From assembly GCF_048593235.1 (NCBI RefSeq), contig NC_133618.1:656220361-656284360 (forward strand): 64,000 nucleotides of DNA, read 5' to 3'. The notes beneath the pieces are model-generated. The model had not been told where the DNA came from. It made no database searches and worked only from the letters and a program-made list of their open reading frames with translations. Numbering within the stretch: the stretch's first letter is position 1; each line of letters starts with the position of its first letter. This document shows, piece by piece, positions 61,736 to 64,000 of the stretch. The stretch comes from Sminthopsis crassicaudata (taxonomy: Eukaryota). Position numbers and translations under genes: made by a program.

Positions 61736-62830
61736 TCTTGTTTGTCCTTTTTGAAAAGAACTAATGACATTTCAGGGTGATGTCTTGATTTGTGTTTGAA
61801 TTGGACTTGAGGATGAGAGCTGCATAAAATCATCAGCCTCACTCTCTTTTCCAGAATCATAGAAGACATAGAAGTCTCGGCTGCTGACTGATGTTGTCCA
61901 GGGATGATGTGGATGACCTCGGCTTCTTGGATGTCTGACCAAGCTCGAAGGCTCCACAGCACTTGCTTCAGCCACCTTCATGGCCACATTCACCTGCTCA
62001 CTCCACCAGGGAAAGTCTTCTCTCTTTTTTTTAAATTTTTTAAATTAATTTTTATAATTATAACATTTTCTTTGATAATACATATTCATAGGTAATTTTT
62101 TTTACAACATTATCCGTTGTACTCCCTTCTGTTCCAAATTTTTCCCCTCCTTCCCTCCACCCCCTCCCCTAGATGGCAGGCATTCCCATACATATTAAAT
62201 ATTTTATAGTATATCCTAGGTACAATATATATGTGCAGAACCGAATTTTGTTGTTGTTGTTGTTGCAAAGAAAGAATTGTATTCAGAAGCTAAAAATAAT
62301 CTGGGAAGAAAAACAAAACAAAACAAAACAGTGCTCACAGTTTATACTCATTTCCCAGTGTTCCTTTTCTGGATGTAGCTGATTCTGTTGATCAATTGGA
62401 ATTAGATTAGCTCTTTTCTATGTTGAAGATATCCACTTCCATCAGAATATATCCTCATACAGTATCATTGTTGAAGTGTATAATGATCCCTTAGTTCTGC
62501 TCATTTCACTCAGCATCAGTTGATGTAAGTCTCTCCAAGCCTCTCTGTATTTCTCCTGTTGGTCATTTCTTATAGAACAATAATATTCCATAACATTCAT
62601 ATACCATAATTTACCTAACCATTCTCCAATTGATGGACATCCATTCATTTTCCAGTTTCTAGCCACTATGAAAAGGGCTGCCACAAACATTTTGGCACAT
62701 ACAGGTCCCTTCAGGGAAAGTCTTCTCACACTTGTGGTAGATACCCTCCTCACTCACCAATGGGTTTGAGCCGATGTAACCTCCCACAAGGCTATTGATT
62801 GCCAGGGCCATACATACCAGTCCTCCTGGG
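61736..62830. mobile_element. RTE-derived marsupial SINE remnant (WALLSI-like), split by an L1
   Basis: ttgtttgtcctttttgaaaagaactaatgacat ... gatgacctcggcttcttggatgtctgaccaagctc resembles recalled WALLSI/RTE SINE sequence; continues after 62727. Confidence 0.45.
62023..62711 (-). mobile_element. Young 5'-truncated L1 (689 bp)
   Basis: ORF2 C-terminus, 3' UTR and tail. Perfect 16-bp TSD CAGGGAAAGTCTTCTC at 62007-62022 and 62712-62727. Confidence 0.9.
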
Positions 62831-63658
62831 ATAGACATGGAAACAAGACTGCCTCTCTTTATTAGTAATCTCAGCAGGGGTTAGCAGGAAGCGTCTCTCT
62901 CTGCATCCCTGAATCTCTCTACATCTCTGCCTCTCTCTACTTCTCTCCACATCCTTCTCTGCCTATGGCAAAGCTGGCCATTTATATCTACTCTTCTCTG
63001 GGATTACCTTGTCTCTAGCCCACTCAACACTGCATAGATGGATCTGCAGAAGGGAGACACCTGGAGTTAGTGCTGCGTCCTAAGAAAAGATCTAACACCT
63101 GCAAGACACAGCCTCCTGCCTCAGAGGCCAAGCCTCCTTCTACCTCCCGAGTCCACCCTGCCAGCTGATATAGCATACATGGCAATTCTCAGAAGGAAAG
63201 TCCCTGACGAGACTTGTTGCTTCTCCTCAGCCTGGTTTAGCCCATTGGCCAAGATGGTTACCAGGGTGGACACTACTCATGCTACAGCTTCTCGGAGCCA
63301 CGAGTAAGAGGTGGCAAGTCAGGAAGACACCAGAGGTGAGCCCTTCAGGGGCTCCCACCAGAGATGAACACCCCATATACCCCCAGCAGCAATAGTGAAT
63401 GTCATGTTGGATACTGCAAGAATTTCCTGGAGAGAATTGTCCAAAGGGTTTGGAGTAGATGGACATTGCTAATAAGGATCTAGCTATAGCATTAGGGACT
63501 TTGGAATGGCTGTTATTTTTTTTCCTCTGGGAAGAAGCACTGGCCCCCCCAGTCAGTGGAGATGGAGAAGTGGCTAGAAGGGCAGGCATCTCAGTAGGAC
63601 CTGGAGGGTAGGGGCTGCAAGCCCTGAGCAGAAGGATATGGAGGGCCAAGAGTTTAGA

Positions 63659-63727
63659 TTAAAATTAGCCCTCAGAGTGGCACAGCCTGAGGAGTTGGGG
63701 CGGGGGTGAGCCAACAGCTATTTTGAG
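63659..63727 (+). promoter_or_regulatory. Muscle-type proximal promoter elements of SYNPO2L
   Basis: MEF2 consensus match TTAAAATTAG at 63659-63668, GC box at ~63697-63706, one-mismatch MEF2-like CTATTTTGAG at 63718-63727. Confidence 0.5.
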
Positions 63728-63927
63728 CACAGCCCCGATTGACGGGACATCTGTCCTGGGCAGTACCGAGCCAAGGGCTGAGCCACCCAACGTGGGGGGG
63801 AGGGGGAGGAAAGGCCTAGAGGTTGGTAGCAGTAACAAGACAGACAGCAAGGACAGGGGTTCTAACCCCTCAACTTTTTTTCCTGGGACAGTCTCTAAAA
63901 TTCAAGAGTCACAGGCTGAATTAAGTA

Positions 63928-64000
63928 ATGGGTGCTGAGGAAGAGGTTCAGGTCACGCTGTCAGGGGGAGCCCCCTGGGGCTTCCGACTACAAGGAGGTG
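63928..64000 (+). CDS. SYNPO2L: Synaptopodin 2-like, start of exon 1 (PDZ domain N-terminus); 3'-partial
   Basis: ATG in good context (gtaATGG) reads MGAEEEVQVTLSGGAPWGFRLQGG, the recalled SYNPO2L start with the PDZ GGAPWGFRL loop. Head-to-head with SEC24C as expected. Confidence 0.92.
   Translation, partial: MGAEEEVQVTLSGGAPWGFRLQGG

Noticed and set aside
61233-61962. Poly-Leu and Thr/Ala-rich ORFs
   Set aside because: Translations of the trinucleotide low-complexity tract.
62442-62753. 103-aa ORF (also 56159-56365, 56928-57137, 57711-58133)
   Set aside because: L1 ORF2 remnants within truncated elements, not host genes.
62830-63230. Possible additional minus-strand LTR (AATAAA and TATA-like motifs)
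   Set aside because: No termini or TSD identifiable; too weak to list as a feature.

Overview
Eukaryotic genomic DNA, inferred to be from an Australian (probably dasyurid) marsupial because of WSINE1-type SINEs, MAR1-type SINEs and marsupial L1/LTR repeats. I reconstructed genes by hand from GT-AG boundaries and phase continuity; the supplied ORF track is mostly intron read-through or antisense shadow. Gene order: 3' part of NDST2 (+, 1-1680), ZSWIM8 (-, 26 coding exons, ~1833 aa, one exon partly in an N-gap), CHCHD1 (-, 118 aa), FUT11 (-, 483 aa), SEC24C (-, 22 coding exons, 1095 aa, plus a 69-nt cassette exon), ~12 kb of nested transposable elements, then the first codons of SYNPO2L (+, from 63928, absent from the ORF track). 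This matches the order I recall for the mammalian SYNPO2L-SEC24C-FUT11-CHCHD1-ZSWIM8-NDST2 block. No rRNA, tRNA or CRISPR features are supported. The best candidate for something undescribed is a pair of putative poison (stop-introducing) cassette exons flanking ZSWIM8 exon 15. Other leads: a recursive-splice-like SEC24C start-codon exon, a ~108-bp duplication behind FUT11, a splice-motif-rich minisatellite in CHCHD1, and a hAT MITE inside an LTR. Gene and repeat names come from recalled homology, not database searches.
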